Source of the DNA: an uncultured Clostridia bacterium
GTDB lineage: Bacteria > Bacillota > Clostridia > Christensenellales > CAG-917
Reading direction: 5' to 3'
Length of the DNA: 44,986 bases
Assembly (NCBI GenBank): GCA_947589395.1
Contig: CANQAA010000003.1
Location: 1-44,986, forward strand
This document shows positions 26,668 through 38,700 of this stretch, in pieces. Made by a program: the position numbers and the translations under genes. Below the pieces are notes generated by a model. That model saw only the letters and a program-made list of their open reading frames with translations. It made no database searches and was not told the origin of the DNA. Every line of letters starts with the position of its first letter. Positions within the stretch are counted from its first letter, which is position 1.

Positions 26668-28722
26668 CTAACTGAGATATGTATATTTTGTTTTCGTTCC
26701 GTAGGGCATGAACATGTGTCCGCCGCCCTCGTAAAACTTTCCGTAAAATTCGATGTATTGCAACCTGCAATTGTGCACATACGCGCCAAGCGTGGATATG
26801 GCTATGTTGAAGACGTGCCCCACGATGAATATCGGAACGCAAATCACATACCCTATCGCCGTGAACGCGCCGCCCGCAGGCAACAAGCCTATGACCACTT
26901 GGCAGATCTGATTCACGACGAGCGCAACGACGCTGCCGGACAGTCCCAACCCGAACAGTCTCGCGTACGAGAGGATGTCGGAGAGTATGTTCATGCCGTC
27001 GTACAGCTTTCCGAATCCGCCGAAAAATCCCATTATCTTTTTTGCGCCCTTCTTGCCGCGCATGTTGGATATCGGGATCAAAATCGCGCCCACCGCAGCG
27101 ATCGCAATGCCCAAAAACTTCACCCATGTCGCTTTTTTGAGGAAAATGAGCCCGATCGCAAGGATGATTATACCGGCAAAGACGAGATACCAAGTGCCAA
27201 CTTCGCTCAAGGCGTCAAGCACTCTCTTCTTTCTTATCAAGTTGATCGCGTTGAGCAACATTCCGACCACTATGTGCACGAAGCCTATGCCAAACGAGAT
27301 GCCGAGCAAGATGAGAGGTCCGTTGCCCTCGAGGGGATTGATGAGCCTTATCGCGCTCAAAACGCCGTCAAGGTGCAGCCACTTCATTATGTTGCCGTCA
27401 AATTGCAAGCCGAACCAGCCGCCGAATATCGCGCCCCAGATGACCGTGCTCAGCCCTCCCATCGCGATGACGAGAAGAAGTCTGCCCTTGCCCGGCACGG
27501 GTTTTTTGATTTTGTACAGGATCAACCCGCCGAGCGCCAGAAGTATGCCGTACGCGGCGTCCGCGATCATCATGCCGAACATCAAAAAGTAGAAGAACGA
27601 CATCACGGGGTTGGGGTCGAGGTCCACGCCGTACTTTGGCACGCTATAAAGATTTGTGACGTCCTGATACGGCTCGACGATCTTGCTGTTTTTGACAAGA
27701 CTCGGCACTATCTCGCCCTCTTTCGGTTCTTCGAACTCATAGACGAGATGTTCGGACACTCCGTCGAGCGTCTCCTTGAGCTTGTCCTCGAAGTCCTTTG
27801 GATACCACGCCTCCATAACGAAAGCCAGGTCCGTCGTCGCAAACTTGTCCGTTGACGAAAGCGCGTCAAGCTCTATCATATAGTAGTCGTAAAGGAGTTT
27901 GAGATCGCGAATGAGCGGTTGCTTGACGAGCGCGCGGGTGAGGAGCTGTTCGTATTCGAAGTCGAGTTTTTTGAGCTCGCAAAAAAGCCTCTCTTCCTCC
28001 TGCTTGGGGGTGAGGTTTGAAACAATATTTATCCTTGTCGCGTCAAAGCCCTGCAACGCGCTCAAAACGTCCGCCGCCGCGTCCTTGTGCGCAACGAGCA
28101 CGAATGCTTGAATGCTTCCGGACTCTTTGAGAACATACTCGGATAGCTCGCATCCGTCGAGATATGCCTTCATCTCGGCGCTCCTGTTTGATGGAACGCT
28201 GCCGATGACCGTGACGGTCTTGACTGTGTCCGAATAGAAAGAATACGGCTCTCTCAAAAAGCCGTAGAGGTCGTGAAGCTCCCTTTGCGCTTTGATATTT
28301 TGTTTTTCCTTTTCAATTTCCTTGAAGCGGCGGTCGATGTCCTCGAGATCCGCCACGTTCGCCATGAGCTCGACCTCTTTTGTGGAGATCAAAGAGAAGT
28401 CGTCGAATGACATTCTGTTGATCTGTCCGAGAGCCTCGCCCTTCAGCGGCGTATAGATGTAGGGATGCTCCGTCTTTTCGGTGCGTTTGGCGCGAATTTG
28501 CGCCTTTGACGCGACGTCCTTCAAAAATGAAAATGCAAAACGTATGCGAGAAAGCTCGAGGTTGATGTGCTCAACGTCCCGAGTGTGGTCGAGCCGCGCG
28601 GTGTTTTCTATCTCCCGCGTCCTTGCTATCTCGACGTTTTTTGTTTTGAGCAGTGCGTCGAACAGTTTTTGCCGCACACTGCGGTGCCCGATCAGCACCA
28701 GTTTTTTCATTTCGGCGATCAT
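26668..28722 (-). CDS. ntpI: V-type ATPase subunit I
   Basis: FGMMIADAAYG, DILSYARLFGLGL, VHNCRLQYIEFYGKFYEGGG. Confidence 0.95.
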   Translation of the reverse strand: MIAEMKKLVLIGHRSVRQKLFDALLKTKNVEIARTREIENTARLDHTRDVEHINLELSRIRFAFSFLKDVASKAQIRAKRTEKTEHPYIYTPLKGEALGQINRMSFDDFSLISTKEVELMANVADLEDIDRRFKEIEKEKQNIKAQRELHDLYGFLREPYSFYSDTVKTVTVIGSVPSNRSAEMKAYLDGCELSEYVLKESGSIQAFVLVAHKDAAADVLSALQGFDATRINIVSNLTPKQEEERLFCELKKLDFEYEQLLTRALVKQPLIRDLKLLYDYYMIELDALSSTDKFATTDLAFVMEAWYPKDFEDKLKETLDGVSEHLVYEFEEPKEGEIVPSLVKNSKIVEPYQDVTNLYSVPKYGVDLDPNPVMSFFYFLMFGMMIADAAYGILLALGGLILYKIKKPVPGKGRLLLVIAMGGLSTVIWGAIFGGWFGLQFDGNIMKWLHLDGVLSAIRLINPLEGNGPLILLGISFGIGFVHIVVGMLLNAINLIRKKRVLDALSEVGTWYLVFAGIIILAIGLIFLKKATWVKFLGIAIAAVGAILIPISNMRGKKGAKKIMGFFGGFGKLYDGMNILSDILSYARLFGLGLSGSVVALVVNQICQVVIGLLPAGGAFTAIGYVICVPIFIVGHVFNIAISTLGAYVHNCRLQYIEFYGKFYEGGGHMFMPYGTKTKYTYLS

Positions 28723-28725
28723 ATG

Positions 28726-29055
28726 TCAGCTATACTTTTCCAACAAAATTTCCACGAGTTTGTCTGCCGTCTCCTCTATCACGGAGTTTTTTTGTTCCGC
28801 GAGTTCGCTTGCCGCCTCCTCGCCCTTTTTGAGTATGACTTTTCTTCTTTCCGCCGCAAGGTCGTTTGCGTCTTTGAGCGCCTTTTTTCTGTCCGCTTTG
28901 ACGGATTCCTTTGTGAGGGCGAGCTGCCTTTGCGCTTCGGCTTCGGCGGACAAGACGGCGTTTTTGCCGTCCTGATACGCTTGCTTTTCAAGGTCGTCGG
29001 CAAGTTTTTCCGCTTCCCTTATATCCTTCAAAACGTCCTCAATCATGTTTTCCAT
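28726..29055 (-). CDS. V-type ATPase peripheral stalk subunit G/H
   Basis: 109-aa charged coiled coil (IREAEKLA) directly before subunit I. Confidence 0.75.
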   Translation of the reverse strand: MENMIEDVLKDIREAEKLADDLEKQAYQDGKNAVLSAEAEAQRQLALTKESVKADRKKALKDANDLAAERRKVILKKGEEAASELAEQKNSVIEETADKLVEILLEKYS

Positions 29056-29497
29056 ACATAGCCTCGATGTCGCTTATCTGATCTATGCGGCGCTGATGCC
29101 TGCCGCCCTCGAACTGCGCGTTATACCATATTTTCACAAGCTCTTTTGCATATTCGGGCGTTATCACCCTGCCGCCCAAAGCGATCATATTGGCGTCGTT
29201 GTGCCGCTTTGTCATCTCTGCCATAAATTCGTTTGTGACGACGGCGCATCTGACGCCCGGCACTTTGTTCGCGGCAATGGAAATGCCGATGCCCGTGCCG
29301 CACATCACCACGCCCAGATCGCACTGTCCGCTTGCGACAGCCTGAGCCGCTTTCAAACCGTATTCGGGATAATCCACCGAAACCTCCGCCCCGAAGCAAC
29401 CGAGATCGACCACTTCCGCGCCGAGTTCTTTCAATGCGGCTTCGACCGCTTCCTTCAAAACGTAACCGCCGTGATCGGCGCCTACAGCGACTTTCAT
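29039..29497 (-). CDS. rpiB: Ribose-5-phosphate isomerase B
   Basis: GADHGG, VDYP, CGTGIGISIAANKVPGVRC, HNDAN, FEGGRHQRR; start ATG 29497 with GGAGG SD. Confidence 0.95.
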   Translation of the reverse strand: MKVAVGADHGGYVLKEAVEAALKELGAEVVDLGCFGAEVSVDYPEYGLKAAQAVASGQCDLGVVMCGTGIGISIAANKVPGVRCAVVTNEFMAEMTKRHNDANMIALGGRVITPEYAKELVKIWYNAQFEGGRHQRRIDQISDIEAMYGKHD

Positions 29498-29518
29498 ACC
29501 CCCTCCGATATCCTTAAT

Positions 29519-29547
29519 ATTATACACCCATACTTTTAATTAAGCAA
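29519..29547 (-). promoter_or_regulatory. Sigma-A promoter of the rpiB-ntp-FNT operon
   Basis: TTGCTT-17 bp-TATAAT. Confidence 0.65.
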
Positions 29548-29640
29548 CACATTTTTTTGCAGCCCTATATAACATTAGAATACAGTATATAAATATATGA
29601 TATAACAATATAAAACGGACTGAAGAACACATATTTTAAG

Positions 29641-29676
29641 ACAAAAATCAAGCGCGGCAAAGTATTGCCGCGCTTG
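29641..29676 (-). terminator. Intrinsic terminator of the giant surface protein gene
   Basis: 12-bp stem CAAGCGCGGCAA/TTGCCGCGCTTG followed on the minus strand by ATTTTTGT. Confidence 0.75.
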
Positions 29677-29707
29677 GATCGGAGTTGCATTTTGCATGTG
29701 AATTTTG

Positions 29708-32700
29708 TCACCTGTATTTCTTTTTGTCGAGGCGCCCGAGTTTGGACTTTCTCGCGATGAAGGCGACGAGCACTCCGAGCACAAACACGATGATCAAGCT
29801 GCCCGCGCCGATGATCAGATAGTTCAACCAGTTCGGGAGCGTGGGCTGTTCGACGTTGACGAACACGAGCGCGCCGAGATAATCCGTCTCATACACGATG
29901 CGTCCTTCCTCAAGATCGTACTCCAACTTTTCAAGGCCGCCTTCTGAGGTCTGCTTGTAGACCACAGTGCCGCTCATATCCTCTTTCACGCTCGAAGGCA
30001 ACGCCACGCTGAGTTTGAGCTTGACGCCCGTCGTGTTGACGATCTTTGCGTCGTAGTAGAGCGCGATCTGCAAGATGGAACTGACTCTGGCGTACTCATG
30101 GATCTTTGGCATATACGCCGCGATCGCGTTGTACACCGCACTGTCGTTCGCCGTGCCCTCTTGGGTGACGCTGTGCACGATGATCCTGTTGGCGATGAGC
30201 CTGGAGTCGTCCATGACCTCGACAGTCGCTCCGACCGCCACGTCGCCGTTTTTGTCCACGTTGTCATCGCCTGAGATGTCCAGCTTCTTTGCGAACAGCT
30301 CGAGCACGCCGGACTCGCCCGTCAACCTGTAGTTGCCCTGAATGTCGTCGGGCAAGGTCACTCTGAAGGTGTATCTGCCGGGCGCGTTGACGACCGTGCC
30401 GTCCTCCTGTTCGCGCATGAACTTCACGCTGAAGTCCGTCTTTTGGAGCTTGCCGTAGTTTTTGATGTTCAAATCGGGCTGATTGAAGGTGAAGTCGACG
30501 GTATATTCCTTGTCTTCGTAATATGTGCCGACAAACCTCTTGACAGCGCCTGAGTTCGCGTCCTCTTCGAGCTCCGAGCCGCCCGTGATGGAAATTTCGA
30601 CCACCGACGGCAACACGCTGTAGTCCGCGCTGACATAATACGCTCTGCCTTCGCTCTCGGTGATGAAGTTGCGCGCGAGCATATTTTCGCCGCCCTCGAT
30701 ATAGGAGAACTTGTCGCTGTTGATTGAAATCTCGACCCTGTACGTTCCCACATTCGCTTCCTTGAAGGCTTGCTCCGTGAGACGGCTCTCGCCTTGATAG
30801 AAGTTGACGTCGAACATCTCCGCCGTGATATTTGCGGCAAGAGGAATGTCGCTTCTCCAGGACACGAGGTCTGCCACGTCATACGCCTGTTCGAGCCCGT
30901 ACGAGCTGCTGACGGGAAGCGCCGAAAGCCGGATGTCCGCCTTTTCGACGATGAATGTGACGATCGCGTTGCCGTACCACACGACCTCTTTGCCCTCGTC
31001 GCCGTCGTCTATTTTGATCTTTCTTGTGAGCTTGACGGTGCCCGCGTTGCTGCCAACGTTGACGGTGTCAAACGCGACGTCCTCTTCACTCACGAGCCCG
31101 ATTTGATCGCCCTCGATATAGCCCATGATCGCGCTCGCAAGCTGATCTTGACCGTTATATGTGAATGTATACTCCGTGTTTGGCACGGACACGCCGAGCG
31201 TGCTCGGATCGGGCAAGGTCAGATTGAGCGTCGCTGTGGGGACCGTCTCATAATCCACGTTGTTGCCGAAATACGCTTCGCACTTATACTTGAGATAATA
31301 TTTTCCGTCTTCAAACTCAATGCCGCTGTCAAAGAAGGTGAACTCGTCGCCGAAGATGGTCGAGTCGCCCTCATATTCGTTTTCGCCGATGTGGAAGTAA
31401 TAGTTGATTATCTTATCCCTGTAGGCGTCAAGTCCGCCCGCGACGGAAGGCAGCCTCAACCTTGCAACGTACGCGCAATTTTCATCGAGTTCGGACGTGA
31501 GCTTGGGATATGCGCCGACGGATGTTATCTCGCCGCTCGCGCTGTTGAAGATCACCCACTCCACAACGGGGCTGTAGTCCACGCCGTCGATGATGAACAC
31601 GTTTGAGATGTTGTCCCACGAGGCGAGCGGCGTCAAGTTGCCGTTGCGGTCGTAGAACACGATGTTGTATGCGGGTCTCCAAGTTGCGCCGTAGCTCGCT
31701 TGATACTCCGTCTTTGAGACGACGTCGATCGAAACGTACAAGTGTCTCCTCTCGACGGTGAGCGAGCCCTCGTTGACGTAGGCGAACGTGAAGAATTGAC
31801 TCTCGCCGCCGTTGAGCACAAAATGTTCGTTGTCAACGACAGTGCCCGCGTTTGGCCTTGCCGTATCAAACGTTGCGGTCGCGTACGGCAGGCTCATTAT
31901 CGCGCCCTCGAGACGGATATATTCTCCGCTTTCGCTGTCCACTCTCTCGCCGCTTTCTCCGAAATTAAATCTGAATGCGTTGAGGCGCTCGTAGGAACTC
32001 TCCTTGCCGGTAAATTTATCGTCCGTCTTATAGCCCATTGCCTCGCAGAAGTCCTCATACTTCATATAGAAGTACATCTCGCCGCCGTTGCTGAACAGCG
32101 TGACTTCTTTGTCGCCGAGCTTATACGCTATCGTATAGTTGCTCTCGGCGATCCTGTTGTTGTCATAAAGCAACGTGCCGTACTCTATGCTGCCGTCCTG
32201 CAAGATCGCGCTGAGGTGCAGTTTTGAGATCGATCCTTGATAGGAAGCGCTCAGCCTCGAGCCCGCTTCGATGACCTTGTAGTTTGCGGACTCGTCCTCG
32301 CCTGTCTCCTGATTGCCGAAGATCTCATCGATGTTGAACGTGACAGCCGAAGCGTCCGTACCCGCGCTGTTGAAGCTTGCGACGATCGACTTGATCTTGA
32401 CCTTGCCAAAGTCGCACTCGACCAATCCCTTGATCGCGTCGTCACTGAAGAAGTAGTCCTTATATCTTTCGCCAAAGAACAGATCCGTGCCGTCGTAGAC
32501 CTTGTGGAAGGGCGCGGGATTGATGATGTGAAGTTTGTTTGCGTCAAGATAAACTTCCTTTTGCTCTATCTTGCCGCTCTCAAACGCGAGATACGTCACC
32601 GTGCTTGAAAGCGTCCCTTCGCCTCCGTCGCCAAGATACACAGTGCCGCCGCCGTAGCTGTACGCGCTGATTATCTTGTTCGCGTTGTCTTTATTATATT

Positions 32701-35700
32701 CACTATAGTAGTTGCCGACGATGGGAAGCGGATAATAGTAGACTATGCTCTGCCCGCTCGCCAAGCCCATTTCGGGAGCAGTGCCGGAAACAGTTCCTTG
32801 CGGATTGACATAGCTGCCATTCTGAACAGCCTCCTCTTCCTCTTTGGTCGGGAATCTATAGTACGCTCTGAGGAGCACCTCGCCGCTTGCAGAGACGATC
32901 TCGAACATGTCGGGAGCGACTTCCCTCTTTTCGCTTATCACGACGAGCTCATAGTCCATATCGCCCGTGCGGTTGTTGCGAAGCGTCGGGTCGATGACCG
33001 CGCCGCGTTTTGCGATTATGTTGCCTTCCGCGTCAAATTGCACGTTCTTGTCCGTGAAGTACGCGCCGCCTCTTGCCCACAGCGAATATTTCGCCTGATC
33101 TCCCGCGATGAAGTGAGCGGAGTTGAACTCATAGCTCACCGCCGACGGGTCGATGTTGGGCGTGCTGTCGTAGACCTTGTCCTGCACGACGACTGTTGCG
33201 CTGACGGGGCGTTGCTTGATCGTGCCCGTCTTTTCGCGGCTGTAGGTCAACGGCTCGTAGTTTTTGAGCATGATCTCGCCTGCCGCCGCGTCCTCGCCCG
33301 TGTAGTTGAGTTTGGGCATTTCGGTGAAGCGGATGGGGATGTTCGTGCCTGCGTTTGCGTACACGAAGTTTGCCGCCGCCATGATGGACAGATACGGTCT
33401 ATCCTTGTCCGCGACGAAGAACCTGTTCTCCTCGTCGAGGTCGTTTTCGGGGATGATGACCGTTATATCCACGCTCGTCGTGCCGTCGTAGACCTTGTCC
33501 GGGATGATGATGGACTCCTCGAGCACCTGGAAGGCGCGCCTTGTCAAGGTCATGACGCCCTCGAGCTCGAAGTCCGCGATCGGCTCTTCTCCAAACGTTT
33601 CGTTTTCTATCTCTTGATACTCGCCGTCCGCAAATCTCACGCCGTCGAGGGTGTAGTTTTTGAGATAACCGTTTTCATCTTTTATGCTCATGCCCTTGAA
33701 GATGACGTTGTGCTCCGCAACCGCCTCGCCGTCAAACATGACGTTGGGGTTTATCTCGCCCTTGTCGGAGAGGAAGATTCCGCCGTCGTCTGCAAAGGAA
33801 ACGACGAGTTTTTTAAGCTCCGCCCTCAACTCGGTGAAATCGTTTTCCGAGTCGTCTATCAGTCCGTGCTCGTGGCCCGCGAGCGTGAGGGTGAAAGACT
33901 TGCGGTCTGCAACTTTGACGTCGTACAAGACGTTGCCCTGCTCGTCCTTTTGGATCGCGCCGTCAACGCGCTTGGGAGTGAAGTAATAGATCGGCTCGCC
34001 GTTTTCGTCAAGAAGCGTGACGTACGTTAGACCGTCGTACATCCTGTTCTCAAAGCGTCCCAATATGCGGAGTTTTGCCTTTGAGATGACGACGTCGAAG
34101 AAGAGGCTGTCATCGCCCTCGTTCTTTATGTCGCTTCCGTCTTTTTGGACATACGCCGAGAACACTCTGCAGATGGAGTCCATGTCGAACTCAAAGTCGC
34201 TCGCGTTTGCGCCGACGGCCTCGACCTTGTCGATGACGACCATCCATGTGCCCGCGTCTTGGGTGTGCTCGCCCTTCTCGTCGACGGGGTGACCCGTGAC
34301 CCTGATCCTTCTTGCCGCGTTCGCGAAGTCGGGAAGTTTGGCGTTGAAGGTCGGCACGACGTTGATGCCGTCTTTGGCGTTGTACTCGCGATCTTCCGCG
34401 TCCATCTTGTCAAAGTAGCTCGCGTCGACCATGAGCGGCGTTATCTGCGCGGACATATTTGTGAAGATGACGTTGATGTACTCGCCCTTGTCGTCCGTTG
34501 TGCCCGTCCTGTAGGCTATGCCGCTGTCAGGGATGAGTCTTGAGCCAAAGTGCGTCGCGTTTTCGACGTAGAAGCGGAGGGTGAAGCCGATGTGGTAGTT
34601 GCCGAGTGCGTGCACGTCGGAGTATGCCGGGACGCCCACGTTATGCGCGACTTCCGCGCTTCCCACGAGATACACTTCGCCTATCCCGCCTTCCTTGTTG
34701 AACTCGTTGTAAAGCACGGCGTTGCTGCCGCTCTCCTCCTCGCGCAGGTAGGTGAACGTGATGTTGCCAATATACAGCAATCCGTTGTTGTCGTAAACCT
34801 TTGTTATTGTGAAGTCGCTCTGTTTCAACACGATGTTGACGCCGGTGATGACGATCGCCTCCGTGTTGTCCCCGTTTTTCATATAGAAGATGATCGCGAT
34901 GATGTCGTCGTTTTCGGCAAACTTGAGCGAAGGTTGCTTTTCGCCCGCCTCGCCGTTTTTGAGCGTTGCGTTGAACGAGACCTCGCCCGCCGCGTTGGGG
35001 TTGACGATCTCAAAGAGCTCGTAGTTCATCACTCTTGCGCCATTGAGGCGGATATTCGAGATGATGATGCCGACGTTTGTGTCCTCGTGAGCGACGCCCG
35101 CTTGGTCGTACACCGCGTCAAAGACGAGTGTGATCGCGTCGTTGTTGAGGATGTCGCCGTCATCAAAGATATACGTCACGGGGTTGGGGATGACGGCGTC
35201 GCCGTTGTACATCTTGCCCGCGCCCCTGAAGTTGTTGAGGGTGATGGTGAGCTGCTTTTGTTTGATCTGCAAGCGCGTGGTCTTGCCCTCGTCCGCCGTG
35301 ACGGAGAGGTTGGAGTCGTTCGAGCGGATGCCGTTGTTGTACAGCGCGTAATAATAGTCGTCCGAGACTACCTCGCCGCCCTCGAGCTTGAACGCGACGC
35401 CCATATCGTCAGACGCGTTGTCGAATTGGCTGCTGCCCGACCTATAGCCGTCGCCCGCCACGTTGTAAAGCGCGCGGACGTAGCTGCCCGTGATCTTGCT
35501 CTTCAGAGTCGCGTAGCCCATATCCGCGAGAGTGCTACCCTCGTTGAACTCCTCGCCGTTGACCTCGTAGATCTCAAAGTTAATGCCGTAGGCGCTTTCC
35601 TGCTCGCCGTAGGTCTTGAAGTTTTGCGAAAGTGTAGCTCTCACTTTGACCGCCGCCGGGTTGTAGGTCACGGGGACTGCCACGACGTTGACCGTGACGG

Positions 35701-38700
35701 CTTGAGTTTTCGCGTCGTTTTGGACATCGACGCCGCCCAAATACATGTGCGCGTTGACAAATCTCGCCTCGTATGCGCCGACGGTGGGATATTGCTCGCT
35801 GTAAGGCGCGTTACGGCTGTACAATTGCACTTCCCAAGTTATTCTGTCGTACTTGGGCATCTTTGACTCGTCGCCGTCCGCCCTTTCGAGGGTGAACGCG
35901 CCCGCGACGAACTTGAGCCAATCGTTGTCCCACGCCATGCCGTAGTTTTTGACGAGCGCGCCTTCGTTAAATCTGACGAGGATAGCGTCGCCCGCCGAGA
36001 AGAGGAACAAATAATATTGTTCTTGTTCTATAATATACTTTACATTCGGTGTAATATAGGTGTGACCGTCATCGTCGACGCTGTCGCCCGCCGCAAATGT
36101 GATGAGGGATCTGAGCACCGCGCTGTAGTCGTCGTAGCCGACGGGATTTTCCCATCTTATGGCTTCTCCGAGCATGATTTTGCCCTTGACCTGCTCTAAG
36201 ATCGTATTTTGCATGGCCACGCTCAAGCTCAATTCCTTATCCGAAAGCGACGGGTCCGGAATGTACTTGCTCACATCATCGACGCTCGGCTCTGCCATAT
36301 AGCCCATGACCGTTGAGCCGCCGACGACCAAGACGACCTCTCTTTGCGTGATGGTGAACTTGCCCGTCGAGCTCACGAATGTTATCGGCAAAATGGCGTT
36401 CGCGCCCGCGAAGTTTGCGGTCTCGGCATAGTCATACGACTTGACGTCCTTTGTCGCGAAGTCCTTTCTCTTGATAATGCTGTTTTCGCTGCCCTCCACC
36501 TCGAAGACGAAGTAGCCTGTATCTTCGTCAAAGTCATATCTCGTCGAAAGTTCGTGGTTGCCGGGATGCGGCGCGTAGTTTGAAAGCGAGAGGTCGAGGA
36601 TAAACAAAATGCACTCGTCGATGTTCCCCGCGTCCTTAAGGCAGCTCCAAGCGGGGCTATTTTCAAATTGCGATCTCTTCACGCCGTATTTGTAGACCTC
36701 GACGGGGTCGCCGTACACGCCTTGCGCGTTGAGGGCGTCCACTTTGAGCTCGTTTGGCGTGATGTTGAAGTTGTAGACTTTGTCAAGCGTGACGGTGTAG
36801 TTGTTGCAATTGAACGAGAGCAAAATCTGATAGCTTGTTTTGCCAACGCCGAGCTTGAGGATCTCGAGCGCGTTCTTTGCCTCTATCTGCTCCCAATCTA
36901 TGCCCGTACCCGTGAGGTCGAGGCTCAAATCGAATTTGAAACCTTCCGCCTCCGCGATCTCGGCTGTGAAGTTGTCGTCCGTGTATCTGATCAAGCCGTT
37001 CAACATATCGGGGTCGAATTTCCCGTAGACGGCCTTCGCGTTCTCTTCGTTTATGGACGCGGTCACGGCAAGAGGCGCAATGACAAAATCCCATTCGCTT
37101 ATGCCGTCAAAAGTGAACGCGCCATCGCTAAATGCGTACGACCAATCCATGACCAAGCCGCTTTCGCCCTCTTCCTCTTCCCTGAGCTTCAACTTCGCGC
37201 CCTTGAAGACGTAGCTCGTGTTTGCGGTTACTTTTTTGCCTTCCTCGTCAACTTCGCCGTTTGGGATATATGCGAGCACATAGTATGTGCCGCTGTCTTT
37301 CATATTGTCTTTGTCTATTTTCGTTAGCTTCTCGCCGTCAACTTTGAAGTACAAGAACTCGAACGCCTTCCTCAAATTTTCCGTGTTATCGGCAATGCCG
37401 GAGATCGGGTTCACTATAAATCTTGGCTCTTGCGAATTTCTGTTGTAGAACACGTTTCGTGAGCTCGCGTCCATGAGATACCAATCGATAGGGGCGGTGG
37501 TTTCGTCCACTCGATAGGTTTCGTCCACGATCAACCTGCACGCGAGGGTGAATGTGACGGCGTTGCCCAACTTGCCATAGCCGTTGTTGTCGAGGACATA
37601 GGAGAAGGAGCTTGTTCTGCTCGTATCGTCAAAGCCATCGTTGGCTCCCGAGATGAGCGAATCATACCCCTCCGCAATTTGCCACTTGCACGCCGCCGAA
37701 TAGTTGAACAAGATGACGTCGCTGTTGAGCATGAGTTTGAATGGGGCGTACATGCTGCCAAACGTCATCGTGACATTGACGGTCCCTCCCCTCTTGACAG
37801 ACGTTTTATTCGCCGTTATGCTCGCAATCCCCGCATTGTCGGCAATGTCGTTTTTCTCGATCGCCGTGCTCACATCATAATCATTCGCGTCCGCGAGGAT
37901 GACGTAGGAGCTGCACCCCGAGTACAATCCCGCCTGGTCCTTTGCAAACAGCACGACGAGCTTTATGCCCACGCTATTTATTGAGTTGAGCGCGACGGAA
38001 GCGGTCGTGTCGTTGCCTAAGTTGAGTTGTTGCTGATTATCGTTTATTGCATGTCCGAACAATTGCCATGCGTTTTTTTGCATGTCGTCAAACGAGTCTG
38101 CCGTCTGAAAGAAGGTTTTGTTATCTTTGTTGGCTGTTATGAACGTTTTGAATTCATCGAGGGTGGCGAACGTCTTCACTCTCCAGCCGACGTAGAAGTT
38201 GTTCTTGTACGCCTTGTCCTCCGCTTCGCTTGCCAAAAACGCGTCCGCGTATGCCTTGACGACGGTTGAGAACGTCACGGAGTCCGTATACCACAATTTG
38301 TCAATGGAAAAGTCCTCGCCGAACACGCTGTTTTCTTTTGTTTGCAACTTCTCCGTCTCGCCAAACGTGGGAGTGTCGGGGGCGTGCCTGTCTATGAGGA
38401 CGTAAACGCCCGTGTCCATATATTTCGAAACAGTGTGTTTGTCATTGCTTGGGTTTACAAGACTTTCAATAGGCGTCCAGCCTGTGGGAGCTTGCCAAAC
38501 GCCGGGCAAGCTGTTGCCGTTGCCGACCGTCAAGCCGCCGCTCTCCAAGCCTTTCTTGGCGACGTAAGTCGTGTTGAAGTCGACAAAATCAAATTTGTCG
38601 CTGTCCTTCACGCCCAATTTCAACTCGTACATTCTGTCTTCCGACCCGCTTTGAGTGAACTTTAGCGTTATGATTATATCATGATTTGCGGAGTCCGTGC

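Noticed and set aside
29860-30100. Autoproteolytic (TxHFS-type) site before the TM anchor of the giant protein
   Set aside because: The equivalent position reads YETDYLG and lacks the His and Ser/Thr nucleophile.
32798-35866. 410-aa and 438-aa plus-strand ORFs
   Set aside because: Antisense shadows of the giant surface protein gene.
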